Shown piece by piece: positions 62,703 to 64,000 of a DNA stretch of 64,000 bases. A program made the position numbers and the translations under genes. The notes under the pieces are model-generated. The model saw only the letters and a list, made by a program, of their open reading frames with translations. It had not been told where the DNA came from and searched no databases. Origin of the DNA: a virus (Duplodnaviria; Heunggongvirae; Uroviricota; Caudoviricetes); IMG/VR virus record IMGVR_UViG_3300028888_000071, positions 22,638 to 86,637 of that record; one strand, written 5' to 3'. The first letter of the stretch is position 1. Each line of letters starts with the position of its first letter.

Positions 62703-63613
62703 AATTCATAATGCTAATCGGGCTTCCGGGAAGCGGCAAAAGCACTTGGACTCAGTACGAACAGTACACGACAGTTTCATCCGATGAACTGAGAAATGAA
62801 CTGTATGGTGATGTGAACGACCAGAACAACCCATCGCTCATTTTCGATGAAGCAAGAAGACGGATCATCCATTCGCTGAACTGCGGGAAAGACACTGTGC
62901 TTGACGCGACAAACATCAACCGCAAGTATAGAATGCAGTTCATCAAAGATGTGAAAGCTCAAATGAAGAAAAACGTCAGTTTAGAAATTGTCGCAGTGTG
63001 GATTGCTGTGCCTTATCTGGAATGTGTGAGCCGCAACTTCAAAAGAGAACGAACAGTTCCAGAAGAAGTAATCAAAAAAATGTACAAGAACTTCTGCCCT
63101 CCCGGGTATGAAGAAGGCTTTGACAAGATAGAACTTTACTTTGGCGATGCTGATTATAGCCAATACCACTTAGAAGACTATCTTGACTATGCTGACACAT
63201 TTGACCAAGAGAACCCGCATCACACGCTGACACTTGGCGGGCACAGCAGGAAATGTGCTGAATATGTCAAAGAACATTCCGAATCCCCACTTCTATATGA
63301 TGTCGCTCTACTGCATGACTGCGGCAAGCCATTCACGGCGTCTTACTACAACGGCAAGGGCGTCAAGGGAGACATCCTGCATTTCTACCAGCATCATTGC
63401 GTTGGGGCATATGACATCGTGTTCTATCTGAAGAACTTGGGCTACAGTGACGAAGAAGCCATTCGTGGCGCAAGACTTGTGTGGTGGCACATGCGCCCGT
63501 TCATGGAATGGAGAAACAACGACAAAGCTAAAGAAAAAGATTTAGCTAGTCTTGAACCAGATTTCGCGAAAGACTTTGAAACGCTGCACGAAGGTGATGT
63601 GCTTGCGCATTAG
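62696..63613 (+). CDS. P-loop kinase fused to HD-domain phosphohydrolase (putative polynucleotide kinase/phosphatase-type end-processing enzyme)
   Basis: IMLIGLPGSGKST (Walker A, polynucleotide-kinase-like) near the N-terminus. C-terminal ...LLHDCGKP...HHCVGAYD are HD-domain His/Asp motifs. Confidence 0.5.
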   Translation: MVKFIMLIGLPGSGKSTWTQYEQYTTVSSDELRNELYGDVNDQNNPSLIFDEARRRIIHSLNCGKDTVLDATNINRKYRMQFIKDVKAQMKKNVSLEIVAVWIAVPYLECVSRNFKRERTVPEEVIKKMYKNFCPPGYEEGFDKIELYFGDADYSQYHLEDYLDYADTFDQENPHHTLTLGGHSRKCAEYVKEHSESPLLYDVALLHDCGKPFTASYYNGKGVKGDILHFYQHHCVGAYDIVFYLKNLGYSDEEAIRGARLVWWHMRPFMEWRNNDKAKEKDLASLEPDFAKDFETLHEGDVLAH

Positions 63614-63666
63614 GACATAAATTCACAAGTAATTTTTATTATTTTACGATAAAATACTTGTGCGAA

Positions 63667-63912
63667 ATGTTCAGTGACAACAAATTCCTAAAGGCAAGTG
63701 TCATAAACAAAGGCGAAAATTTAGAATATGTGATAGAAAAAATCGACAGGACAGCTATTGCGCCAATAATAACAGTTTATTGGGTGTCAAAAGATTTCAA
63801 GTTGTACACGACAGTAATATCAAAAAAAGTATTGCCAAACGGTGTCCGTTCATTCGCGGAAGGGTTGACACGTATAGCATATTCAGACAACTTCAAACGG
63901 TTTCTACTATAA
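63667..63912 (+). CDS. MFSDN-family small protein (distant copy of the 11.6-13.1 kb array)
   Basis: MFSDNKFLKASV. The DNA start cgaaATGTTCAGTGACAACAAA matches the array junction sequence. Confidence 0.45.
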   Translation: MFSDNKFLKASVINKGENLEYVIEKIDRTAIAPIITVYWVSKDFKLYTTVISKKVLPNGVRSFAEGLTRIAYSDNFKRFLL

Positions 63913-64000
63913 TGGACAAGACGATAAAAAACAGCATAATCGAAAATGTGTCTGCCATACTCAATGAGACATTCTCTCAAAAAGAAAAGCAGAAGATATC
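63912..64000 (+). CDS. 5' end of a further ORF running out of the window
   Basis: TAATG overlap at 63910-63914. Open to the end of the window. Confidence 0.25.
   Translation, partial: MDKTIKNSIIENVSAILNETFSQKEKQKI

Overview
This 64-kb window reads as part of the genome of a large, AT-rich, T4-like tailed phage. The lipoprotein lipobox suggests a Bacteroidetes-type host. It is densely packed with short-overlap operons on both strands.

Genes with recognisable products: T4 gp23-like major capsid protein, gp17-like large terminase, gp52-like topoisomerase II subunit, gp31/GroES-like co-chaperonin, gp25-like baseplate wedge protein, dCMP deaminase, NUDIX hydrolase, dNMP nucleotidase, a sigma-factor-like protein, an FtsH-like AAA+/M41 protease, an SPFH/flotillin protein, a LysM tail protein, a Gp157-like protein, a RimK-like ATP-grasp fused to a retropepsin-like domain, and a kinase-HD fusion. 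There is also a large DNA-modification complement: two diverged C5-methyltransferase-like paralogs, and an SF2-helicase fused to an N6A-methyltransferase followed by a permuted, split methyltransferase duplicate.

Most notable observations:
1. The large terminase gene is split into two pieces about 35 kb apart (56900-57391 and 20426-22372). The break falls exactly inside the Walker-A P-loop (GK|T). The N-piece ends with an intein block-A-like tail starting at Cys; the C-piece starts with about 141 aa of Hint blocks B/F/G ending HN-Thr. This is a candidate naturally split, trans-splicing terminase.
2. A 12-member paralogous family shares a near-identical 5' leader (about 70 nt, MKILDTxQFVSERMKIRPVTNAELDQIQQDM). 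Most members carry variable arrays of an 18-bp / 6-aa (VYGNAx) solenoid repeat, with clear mosaicism and fresh tandem duplications.
3. A phage-specific promoter-like motif, TTTGTTATATTCAATTGTAAA, occurs at least 13 times upstream of genes. T4-type TATAAATA late boxes are also present, including a 16-bp palindromic bidirectional one.
4. A palindrome, TAGATGTCATCTA, recurs at three intergenic boundaries, one of them inside an iteron-like 270-bp noncoding region.
5. A tandem array of small genes all starts with MFSDN, with a GAACATGTTC palindrome at the stop/start junctions.
6. A 26-bp perfect inverted repeat brackets 275 bp immediately upstream of the capsid gene.

All calls are from reading the sequence and ORF translations only. 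Nothing was searched against any database.
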